A DNA stretch of 64,000 nucleotides from Dendrobates tinctorius (lineage: Eukaryota). Positions 42,401-54,400 of the stretch are shown piece after piece. Under the pieces are notes generated by a model that searched no databases, was not told where the DNA came from, and was given only the letters and a program-made list of their open reading frames with translations. The number at the start of each line of letters is the position of its first letter. The first letter of the stretch is position 1. The stretch covers positions 10,478,001 through 10,542,000 of the forward strand of contig NW_027361924.1 of NCBI RefSeq assembly GCF_039654945.1. Reading direction: 5' to 3'. The position numbers and the translations under genes were made by a program.

Positions 42401-45400
42401 ATTAGGTTCATTAGTAGGGCGAGTACTAGGTTGGGTACCAGGTTCAGGCGTAGGTTGGGTACTAGGTTCAGTAGTAGGGTGAGTACGAGGTTGGGTATTA
42501 GGTTCATTAGTAGGGCGAGTAGTAGGTTGGGTACCAGGTTCAGGCGTAGGTTGGGTACTAGGTTCAGTAGTAGGGTGAGTACTAGGTTAGGTACCAGGTT
42601 CAGGCGAAGGTTGGGTACTAGGTTCAGTAGTAGGGTGAGTACTAGGTTAGGTACCAGGTTCAGGCGAAGGTTGGGCACTAGGTTCAGTAGTAGGGTGAGT
42701 ACTAGGTTGGGTACCAGGTTCAGGCGTAGGTTGGGTACTAGGTTCAGTAGTAGGGCGAGTACTAGGTTAGGTACCAGGTTCAGGCGAAGGTTGGGTACTA
42801 GGTTCAGTAGTAGGGTGAGTACTAGGTTGGGTACCAGGTTCAGGCGTAGGTTGGGTACTAGGTTCAGTAGTAGGGCGAGTACTAGGTTAGGTACCAGGTT
42901 CAGGCGTAGGTTGGGTACTAGGTTCAGTAGTAGGGTGAGTACTAGGTTAGGTACCAGGTTCAGGCGAAGGTTGGGCACTAGGTTTAGGCATAGGTTGGGT
43001 ACTCACGGTGCGGTTCCGATAGTTACAGGGCGGTCACATGAGATGCACTTGACTCTCTCGAACAGTTTTCTGTGAATACACAATGTTTGATAACAGCACA
43101 CAGGGCAGATTTCCCATCACGATGTAAAACTCCCGTCTCCAGCTGTCGCAATGCTTAGGTTTTTGGTGGGTCTGTGTGTGGCAGTTTTGCCGATCCCCTG
43201 GCTTCATCTACAGCAGGTGTCAGTCTTTCTACTGTAATACTAGAATTCTCTTCATGCTCAGAATGAACAGTTGCAGGGCGCCCCCTACAGGAGAGTGCCT
43301 CAGGGCAGGGGTATGTAAATATGATTCCGCTTTTATGTCCGTTCTACTCTCAATCATGGGGGAGCATGAAACATGCGCGCACCACTCACTTCCTGAAGCC
43401 CGCTGCCCCATCTGGATCAAAGGTCTGGCTGGAGTTGAGATGCTTCTTCAGGAATTTCCAGAGCTCCTCTAAGTCCTTGTGAACGGAGTCCAAATCCGAC
43501 CGACTCAACTGAAAAGATGCCGAAAATGCTTCTATGTAATGGAAGGAACAGGCTGTACAGCAGCACAGAGTATTTTAGGAGATGAATGTGTTAGCGATAA
43601 CAGAGCTTGCCTCTATCCCTGGGCCGCTATCTCCCATGGACTCATGATCGAGTCTAGTGTGTTTCCTAGAGATGATGATGATTGCTCAGCCAGGAACAAA
43701 GGTCTGAGACATCACGGTGTTGGTGGGAACACAGGGCTCTGGTGTGAGGGAACGGCTCTGGTGCAAGGACAAGGCGCTGATGGGGAGCACAGGGCTCTGG
43801 TTTTAGGGAACGGTGATAGTGAGTAGACAGGGCTCTGGTGCGAGGACAAGGTGCTGGTGGGAGAACAGAACTCTGGTGCTAGGGGACGGTGATAGTGAGA
43901 GGACAGGGCTCTGGTGTGAAGACAAGGCGCTGGTGGTAGCACAGGGCTCTGGTGTGAAGACAAGGCACTGGTGGTAGCACAGGGCTCTGGTGTGAAGACA
44001 AGGCACTGGTGGTAGCACAGGGCTCTGGTGTGAGGACACGGCACTGGTGGTAGCACAGGGCTCTGGTGTGAAGACAAGGCGCTGGTGGTAGCACAGGGCT
44101 CTGGTGTGAAGACAAGGCACTGGTGGTAGCACAGGGCTCTGGTGTGAGGACACGGAGCTGGTGGTAGCACAGGGCTCTGGTGTGAAGACAAGGCGCTGGT
44201 GGTAGCACAGGGCTCTGGTGTGAAGACAAGGCGCTGGTGGTAGCACAGGGCTCTGGTGTGAAGACAAGGCACTGGTGGTAGCACAGGGCTCTGGTGTGAA
44301 GACAAGGCACTGGTGGTAGCACAGGGCTCTGGTGTGAGGACACGGAGCTGGTGGTAGCACAGGGCTCTGGTGTGAAGACAAGGCGCTGGTGGTAGCACAG
44401 GGCTCTGGTGTGAAGACAAGGCACTGGTGGTAGCACAGGGCTCTGGTGTGAGGACACGGCGCTGGTGGTAGCACAGGGCTCTGGTGTGAGGACACGGCAC
44501 TGGTGGTAGCACAGGGCTGTGGTGTGAAGACAAGGCACTGGTGGTAGCACAGGGCTCTGGTGTGAGGACACGGCGCTGGTGGTAGCACAGGGCTCTGGTG
44601 TGAGGACACGGCGCTGGTGGTAGCACAGGGCTCTGGTGTGAGGACATGGCGCTGGTGGTAGCACAGGGCTCTGGTGTGAGGACACGGCACTGGTGGTAGC
44701 ACAGGGCTGTGGTGTGAAGACAAGGCACTGGTGGTAGCACAGGGCTCTGGTGTGAGGACACGGCGCTGGTGAGAGCACAGAGCTCTGGTGTGAGGACACG
44801 GCGCTGGTGGTAGCACAGGGCTCTGGTGTGAAGACAAGGCACTGGTGGTAGCACAGGGCTCTGGTGTGAGAGCACAGGGCTCTGGTGTGAGGACACGGCG
44901 CTGGTGAGAGCACAGGGCTCTGGTGTGAGGAAACAGCGCTGGAGAGAGCACAGGGCTCTGGTGTGAGGACACGGCGCTGGTGAGAGCACAGGGCTCTGGT
45001 GTGAGGACACGGCGCTGGAGAGAGCACAGGGCTCTGGTGTGAAGACAAGGCTCTGGTGGTAGCACAGAGCTCTGGTGTGAGGACACGGAGCTGGTGAGAG
45101 CACAGGGCTCTGGTGTGAGGACACGGCGCTGGTGAGAGCACAGGGCTCTGGTGTGAGGACACGGCGCTGGTGGTAGCACAGGGCTCTGGTGTGAGGACAC
45201 GGCGCTGGTGGTAGCACAGGGCTCTGGTGTGAGGACATGGCGCTGGTGGTAGCACAGGGCTCTGGTGTGAGGACACGGCACTGGTGGTAGCACAGGGCTG
45301 TGGTGTGAAGACAAGGCACTGGTGGTAGCACAGGGCTCTGGTGTGAGGACACGGCACTGGTGGTAGCACAGAGCTCTGGTGTGATGACACGGCGCTGGTG

Positions 45401-48400
45401 GTAGCACAGGGCTCTGGTGTGAAGACAAGGCACTGGTGGTAGCACAGGGCTCTGGTGTGAGGACACGGCACTGGTGGTAGCACAGAGCTCTGGTGTGATG
45501 ACACGGCGCTGGTGGTAGCACAGGGCTCTGGTGTGAGGACACGGCGCTGGTGGTAGCACAGGGCTCTGGTGTGAGGACATGGCGCTGGTGGTAGCACAGG
45601 GCTCTGGTGTGAGGACACGGCACTGGTGGTAGCACAGGGCTGTGGTGTGAAGACAAGGCACTGGTGGTAGCACAGGGCTCTGGTGTGAGGACACGGCGCT
45701 GGTGAGAGCACAGAGCTCTGGTGTGATGACACGGCGCTGGTGGTAGCACAGGGCTCTGGTGTGAAGACAAGGCACTGGTGGTAGCACAGGGCTCTGGTGT
45801 GAGAGCACAGGGCTCTGGTGTGAGGAAACAGCGCTGGAGAGAGCACAGGGCTCTGGTGTGAGGACACGGCGCTGGTGAGAGCACAGGGCTCTGGTGTGAG
45901 GACACGGCGCTGGAGAGAGCACAGGGCTCTGGTGTGAAGACAAGGCTCTGGTGGTAGCACAGAGCTCTGGTGTGAGGACACGGAGCTGGTGAGAGCACAG
46001 GGCTCTGGTGTGAGGACACGGCGCTGGAGAGAGCACAGGGCTCTGGTGTGAAGACAAGGCTCTGGTGGTAGCACAGAGCTCTGGTGTGAGGACACGGAGC
46101 TGGTGAGAGCACAGGGCTCTGGTGTGAAGACAAGGCTCTGGTGGTAGCACAGAGCTCTGGTGTGAGGACACGGAGCTGGTGGTAGCACAGGGCTCTGGTG
46201 TGAGGACACGGCGCTGGTGGTAGCACAGGGCTCTGGTGTGAGGACACGGCGCTGGTGAGAGCACAGAGATCTGGTGTGAGGACACGGCGCTGGTGGTAGC
46301 ACAGGGCTCTGGTGTGAGGACACGGCGCTGGTGGTAGCACAGGGCTCTGGTGTAAGGTCACAGCGCTAACCGACAGCCTCCCAATAATGCGTATTGTAAG
46401 GCGTTGGTTGTTTGTGATGTCATGCCTAGAGGTGAGGGAATATGTTCAGAAAACGATCGCCGAATCTGAATTTGCCATATTTGTACCATATTCGTGCCGA
46501 ATTTATGTTTGATCGGATCCGAACATATTCGCTCATTTCTATTTCCATTGACTCAATGGCGTTCAGCTGTGTTCGGCAAATACTGCAAGATCATTATTCG
46601 GTGCTGATCACAATCGGAACCAAATTTTGAAAAAATTGCTCATCTCTAGTCAAGGCGGCCCTGTTAATCTCCCACAATGCAATGCATGGCCGTGCACAGG
46701 GGCTGTGTACACTTACCTTGGCCTCTAGGCCTGCCAGTAGCTTGGCCAGCATGTTCTGCCACTCCGACTCCTGCACCGCCAGTTTCTTGATCAGAGCCTC
46801 CAGCACGGCATTAACCTCGCTGACCGCGGCCTCCAGATCCGCATGGCCCACCAGGTTCTCCAGCGCCCGCCTGTCCGCCTTCTGTAAATAAGACCCCGGA
46901 CATGACCGACATCACCCAAGTCTCTCGCAGTTCTGGGTGTGACTGGAGCACAAAAGGCTATGTGTGGTGAACCAGGGCCCCAACATAACTTCTGAACCGG
47001 GGTCCCTCACACGACGTCCCATGTACAGTCTGGGGATCCTCACACCACGTCCCATGTATAATCCGGGGCCCCTCACGCGACGTCCCATGTACAGTCTGGG
47101 GATCCTCACACCACGTCCCATGTATAATCCGGGGTCCCTCACACAACGTCCCATGTACAGTCTGGGGATCCTCACACCACGTCCCATGTATAATCCGGGG
47201 CCCCTCACGCGACGTCCCATGTACAGTCTGGGGATCCTCACACGACGTCCCATGTATAATCCGGGGTCCCTCACACAACGTCCCATGTACAGTCTGGGGA
47301 TCCTCACACCACGTCCCATGTATAATCCGGGGCCCCTCACGCGACGTCCCATGTACAGTCTGGGGATCCTCACACGACGTCCCATGTATAATCCGGGGCC
47401 CCTCACGCGACGTCCCATGTACAGTCTGGGGATCCTCACACCACGTCCCATGTATAATCCGGGGCCCCTCACGCGACGTCCCATGTACAGTCTGGGGATC
47501 CTCACACCACGTCCCATGTATAATCCGGGGCCCCTCACGCGACGTCCCATGTACAGTCTGGGGATCCTCACACCACGTCCCATGTATAATCCGGGGCCCC
47601 TCACGCGACGTCCCATGTATAATCCGGGGCCCCTGTGATGGATACACACGTACCAGATTCAGCTCCAACATGAAATCCGCCTGATCCAACTTTTTCTTCT
47701 CTAGCTCATCAATCTGACTCTGCAGGGTCTGTGAGGAGAAGTATCACAAGTGATGGATTAGATACACGGCTCAGCAGACGTTTCCCCCTCACATCCCACA
47801 ACCGGTAATAACATTGTACGCTTCGCTCCCTCACCGCGGATTCGGACAAATCTGCTGCCAGCTTGTCGGTCTTACTATCCAGTTGTTGCAGCGCCAAATT
47901 CAGATCATGGAGTCCACTCTTCAGGGCGCTCAAGTCAACCTTGTCCTGAAAGTGAGGAAAATGTCATGGAAGAATGATCGAGCCGCAGAGGAAACATCAC
48001 TGTCCGAGGTCTCACTAGACGTCACCTTCCGATTCTCTGCGAAGAGAGTTTCCACATCCTGCCGGACGCTCCGTAACTGCTGGAGCAAATCTTCAGGAAT
48101 ACGGTTCTTACCTGCAATCAGAGTACAAAGGGGGCAGTATTATAGTAGTTATATTCTTGTACATAGGGGCAGTATTATAGTAATTATATTCTTGTACATA
48201 GGGGGCGGTATTATAGTAGTTATATTCTTGTATATAGGGAGCAGTATTATAGTAGTTATATTCTTGCACATAGGGGAAGTATTATAGTAGTTATATTCTT
48301 GTACATAGGGGCAGTATTATAGTAGTTATATTCTTGTACATAGGGGGCAGTATTATAGTAGTTATATTCTTGTACATAGGGGCAGTATTATAGTAGTTAT

Positions 48401-51400
48401 ATTCTTGTACATAGGGGCAGTATTATAGCAGTTATATTCTTGTATATAGGGGCAGTATTATAGTAATTATATTCTTGTACATAGGAGGCAGTATTATAGT
48501 AGTTATATTCTTGTACATAGGGGCAGTATTATAGTAGTTATATTCTTGTACATAGGGGCAGTATTATAGTAGTTATATTCTTGTACATAGGGGCAGTATT
48601 ATAGCAGTTATATTCTTGTATATAGGGGCAGTATTATAGTAGTTATATTCTTGCACATAGGGGCAGTATTATAGTAGTTATATTCTTGCACATAGGGGCA
48701 GTATTATAGTAGTTATATTCTTGTACATAGGGGCAGTATTATAGTAGTTATATTCTTGTACATAGGGGCAGTATTATAGTAGTTATATTCTTGTACATAG
48801 GGGCAGTATTATAGTAGTTATATTCTTGTACATAGGGGGCAGTATTATAGCAGTTATATTCTTGTACATAGGGGCAGTATTATAGTAGCTATATTCTTGT
48901 ACATAGCGGGCAGTATTATAGTAGTTATATTCTTGTACATAGGGGGCAGTATTATAGTAATTATATTCTTGTACATAGGGGCAGTATTATAGTAGTTATA
49001 TTCTTGTACATAGGGGCAGTATTATAGTAGTTATATTCTTGTACATAGGGGCAGTATTATAGTAGTTATATTCTTGTACATAGGGGCAGTATTATAGTAG
49101 TTATATTCTTGTACATAGGGGGCAGTATTATAGCAGTTATATTCTTGTACATAGCGGGCAGTATTATAGTAGTTATATTCTTGTACATAGGGGGCAGTAT
49201 TATAGTAGTTATATTCTTGCACATAGGGGCAGTATTATAGTAGTTATATTCTTGTACATAGGGGCAGTATTATAGTAGTTATATTCTTGTACATAGGGGG
49301 CAGTATTATAGCAGTTATATTCTTGTACATAGGGGCAGTATTATAGTAGCTATATTCTTGTACATAGCGGGCAGTATTATAGTAGTTATATTCTTGTACA
49401 TAGGGGCAGTATTATAGTAGTTATATTCTTGTACATAGGGGGCAGTATTATAGCAGTTATATTCTTGTACATAGGGGCAGTATTATAGTAGTTATATTCT
49501 TGTACATAGCGGGCAGTATTATAGTAGTTATATTCTTGTACATAGGGGCAGTATTATAGTAGTTATATTCTTGTACATAGGGGGCAGTATTATAGCAGTT
49601 ATATTCTTGTACATAGGGGCAGTATTATAGTAGCTATATTCTTGTACATAGCGGGCAGTATTATAGTAGTTATATTCTTGTACATAGGGGGCAGTATTAT
49701 AGTAATTATATTCTTGTACATAGGGGCAGTATTATAGTAGTTATATTCTTGTACATAGGGGCAGTATTATAGTAGTTATATTCTTGTACATAGGGGCAGT
49801 ATTATAGTAGTTATATTCTTGTACATAGGGGCAGTATTATAGTAGTTATATTCTTGTACATAGGGGGCAGTATTATAGCAGTTATATTCTTGTACATAGC
49901 GGGCAGTATTATAGTAGTTATATTCTTGTACATAGGGGGCAGTATTATAGTAGTTATATTCTTGTACATAGGGGCAGTATTATAGTAGTTATATTCTTGT
50001 ACATAGGGGCAGTATTATAGTAGTTATATTCTTGTACATAGGGGGCAGTATTATAGCAGTTATATTCTTGTACATAGGGGCAGTATTATAGTAGCTATAT
50101 TCTTGTACATAGCGGGCAGTATTATAGTAGTTATATTCTTGTACATAGGGGCAGTATTATAGTAATTATATTCTTGTACATAGGGGCAGTATTATAGTAG
50201 TTATATTCTTGTACATAGGGGCAGTATTATAGTAGTTATATTCTTGTACATAGGGGCAGTATTATAGTAGTTATATTCTTGTACATAGGGGCAGTATTAT
50301 AGTAGTTATATTCTTGTACATAGGGGGCAGTATTATAGCAGTTATATTCTTGTACATAGCGGGCAGTATTATAGTAGTTATATTCTTGTACATAGGGGGC
50401 AGTATTATAGTAGTTATATTCTTGTACATAGGGGGCAGTATTATAGTAGTTATATTCTTGTACATAGGGGGCAGTATTATAGTAGTTATATTCTTGTACA
50501 TAGGAGCAGTATTATAGTAGTTATATTCTTGTACATAGGGGGCAGTATTATAGCAGTTATATTCTTGTACATAGCGGGCAGTATTATAGTAGTTATATTC
50601 TTGTACATAGGGGGCAGTATTATAGTAGTTATATTCTTGTACATAGGGGGCAGTATTATAGTAGTTATATTCTTGTACATAGGGGGCAGTATTATAGTAG
50701 TTATATTCTTGTACATAGGAGCAGTATTATAGTAGTTATATTCTTGTACATAGGAGCAGTATTATAGTAGTTATATTCTTGTACATAGGGGCAGTATTAT
50801 AGTAGTTATATTCTTGTACATAGGGGGCAGTATTATAGTAGCTATATTCTTGTACATAGGAGCAGTATTATAGAAGTTATATTCTTGTACATAGGGGGCA
50901 GTATTATAGTAATTATATTCTTGTACATAGGAGGCAGTATTATAGTAGTTATATTCTTGTACATAGGGGGCAGTATTATAGTAGCTATATTCTTGTACAT
51001 AGGAGCAGTATTATAGTAGTTATATTCTTGTACATAGGGGGCAGTATTATAGTAATTATATTCTTGTACATAGGGGCAGTATTATAGTAGTTATATTCTT
51101 GTACATAGGGGCAGTATTATAGTAATTATATTCTTGTACATAGGAGGCAGTATTATAGTAGTTATATTCTTGTACATAGGAGCAGTATTATAGTAGTTAT
51201 ATTCTTGTATATAGGGGCAGTATTATAGTAGTTATATTCTTGTACATAGGGGGCAGTATTATAGTAGCTATATTCTTGTACATAGGAGCAGTATTATAGT
51301 AGTTATATTCTTGTACATAGGAGCAGTATTATAGTAGTTATATTCTTGTACATAGGGGGCAGTATTATAGTAGTTATATTCTTGTACATAGGAGGCAGTA

Positions 51401-54400
51401 TTATAGTAGTTATATTCTTGTACATAGGAGCAGTATTATAGTAGTTATACTCTTGTACATAGGAGCAGTATTATAGTAGCTATATTCTGTTGGACCCGTG
51501 GAGGCGCTCGAGTAGCGTGAAACGGCCGTAGTCAGCCATTTGACACACTCTCCTTCACATCTCCGACGTGACATGTAATTCAGTGTCAATAAACATTCAT
51601 CATTATCCCGCAGAGTGCGACCTTTTTCTCTTGGAAACTACATTCGTCTTGCTACGAGGTCAAGCACCCGGGAGTCCTGGATGTGAGCTCTCCGCCTGCT
51701 GCCAGCCACGGACCTTAGCACTGTAACAGCGGTGCCGTCCGCTTTCTTGCATTGACTTCAGTAGTTATATTCTTGTACATAGGGGGCAGCATTATAGTAG
51801 TTATATTCTTGTACATAGGAGCAGTATTATAGTAGTTATATTCTTGTACATAGGGGGCAGTGTTATAGTAGTTATATTCTTGTACATAGGGGCAGTATTA
51901 TAGTAGTTATATTCTTGTACTTAGGGGGCAGTATTATAGTAGTTATATTCTTGTACATAGGGGGCAGTATTATAGTAGTTATATTCTTGTACATAGGGGG
52001 CAGTATTATAGTAGTTATATTCTTGTGCATAGGGGCCAGTATTATAGTAGTTATATTCTTGTACATAGGGGCAGTATTATAGTAGTTATATTCGTGTACT
52101 TAGGGGGCAGTATTATAGTAGTTATATTCTTGTACATAGGGGGCAGTATTATAGTAGTTATATTCTTGTATATAGGGAGCAGTATTATAGTAGTTATATT
52201 CTTGTACATAGAGAGCAGTATTATAGTAGTTATATTCTTGTACATAGGGGGCAGTATTATAGTAGTTATATTCTTGTACATAGGGAGCAGTATTATAGTA
52301 GTTATATTCTTGTACATAGGAGCAGTATTATAGTAGTTATATTCTTGTACATAGGGGGCAGTATTATAGTAGTTATATTCTTGTACATAGGGAGCAGTAT
52401 TATAGTAGTTATATTCTTGTACATAGGAGCAGTATTATAGTAGTTATATTCTTGTACATAGGGGGCAGTATTATAGTAGTTATATTCTTGTGCATAGGGG
52501 CAGTATTATAGCAGTTATATTCTTGTACATAGGAGCAGTATTATAGTAGTTATATTCTTGTACATAGGAGCAGTATTATAGTAGTTATATTCTTGTACAT
52601 AGGGGGCAGTATTATAGTAGTTATATTCTTGTACATAGGAGGCAGTATTATAGTAGTTATATTCTTGTACATAGGAGCAGTATTATAGTAGTTATACTCT
52701 TGTACATAGGAGCAGTATTATAGTAGCTATATTCTGTTGGACCCGTGGAGGCGCTCGAGTAGCGTGAAACGGCCGTAGTCAGCCATTTGACACACTCTCC
52801 TTCACATCTCCGACGTGACATGTAATTCAGTGTCAATAAACATTCATCATTATCCCGCAGAGTGCGACCTTTTTCTCTTGGAAACTACATTCGTCTTGCT
52901 ATGAGGTCAAGCACCCGGGAGTCCTGGATGTGAGCTCTCCGCCTGCTGCCAGCCACGGACCTTAGCACGGTAACAGCGGTGCCGTCCGCTTTCTTGCATT
53001 GACTTCAGTAGTTATATTCTTGTACATAGGGGGCAGCATTATAGTAGTTATATTCTTGTACATAGGAGCAGTATTATAGTAGTTATATTCTTGTACATAG
53101 GGGGCAGTGTTATAGTAGTTATATTCTTGTACATAGGGGCAGTATTATAGTAGTTATATTCTTGTACTTAGGGGGCAGTATTATAGTAGTTATATTCTTG
53201 TACATAGGGGGCAGTATTATAGTAGTTATATTCTTGTACATAGGGGGCAGTATTATAGTAGTTATATTCTTGTGCATAGGGGCCAGTATTATAGTAGTTA
53301 TATTCTTGTGCATAGGGGCAGTATTATAGTAGTTATATTCTTGTACATAGGGGCAGTATAATAGTAGTTATATTCTTGTACATAGGGGGCAGTATTATAG
53401 TAGTTATATTCTTGTACATAGGGGGCAGTATTATAGTAGTTATATTCTTGTACATAGGGGGCAGCATTATATTAGTTATATTCTTGTACATAGGGGCAGT
53501 ATTATAGTAGTTATATTCTTGTACATAGGTGCAGTATTATAGTAGTTATATTCTTGTGCATAGGGGCCAGTATTATAGTAGTTATATTCTTGTGCATAGG
53601 GGGCAGCATTATAGTAGTTATATTCTTGTACTTAGGGGGCAGTATTATAGTAGTTATATTCTTGTACATAGGTGCAGTATTATAGTAATTATATTCTTGT
53701 GCATAGGGGGCAGCATTATAGTAGTTATATTCTTGTGCATAGGGGGCAGCATTATAGTAGTTATATTCTTGTACATAGGGGCAGCATTATAGTAGTTATA
53801 TTCTTGTACATAGGGGGCAGTATTATAGTAGTTATATTCTTGTACATAGGGGCAGTATTATATTAGTTATATTCTTGTATATAGGTGCAGTATTATAGTA
53901 GCTATATTCTTGTACATAGGGAGCAGTATTATAGTAGCTATATTCTTGTACATAGGGGCTGTATTATAGTAGTTATATTCTTGTACATAGGGGCAGTATT
54001 ATAGTAGTTATATTCTTGTACATAGGGGCAGTATTATAGTAGTTATATTCTTGTACATAGGGGGCAGTATTATAGTAGTTATATTCTTGTACATAGGGGC
54101 AGTGTTATAGTAGTTATATTCTTGTACATAGGGGGCAGTATTATAGTAGTTATATTCTTGTACATAGGAGCAGTATTATAGTATTTATATTCTTGTACAT
54201 AGGGGCAGTATTATAGTAGTTATATTCTTGTATATAGGGGCAGTATTATAGTATTTATATTCTTGAACATAGGGGCAGTATTATAGTATTTATATTCTTG
54301 TATATAGGGGCAGTATTATAGTATTTATATTCTTGAACATAGGGGCAGTATTATAGTAGTTATATTCTTGAACATAGGGGCAGTATTATAGTAGTTATAT

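Noticed and set aside
40750-46361. 742-857-aa ORFs on both strands
   Set aside because: Translations of stop-free minisatellites inside C16orf96 introns, open in several frames at once and with no domain content.
49031-53866. MYKNITTIILPP / IGGSIIVVIFLY ORFs
   Set aside because: Runs of 36-bp units in the AT-rich minisatellite.
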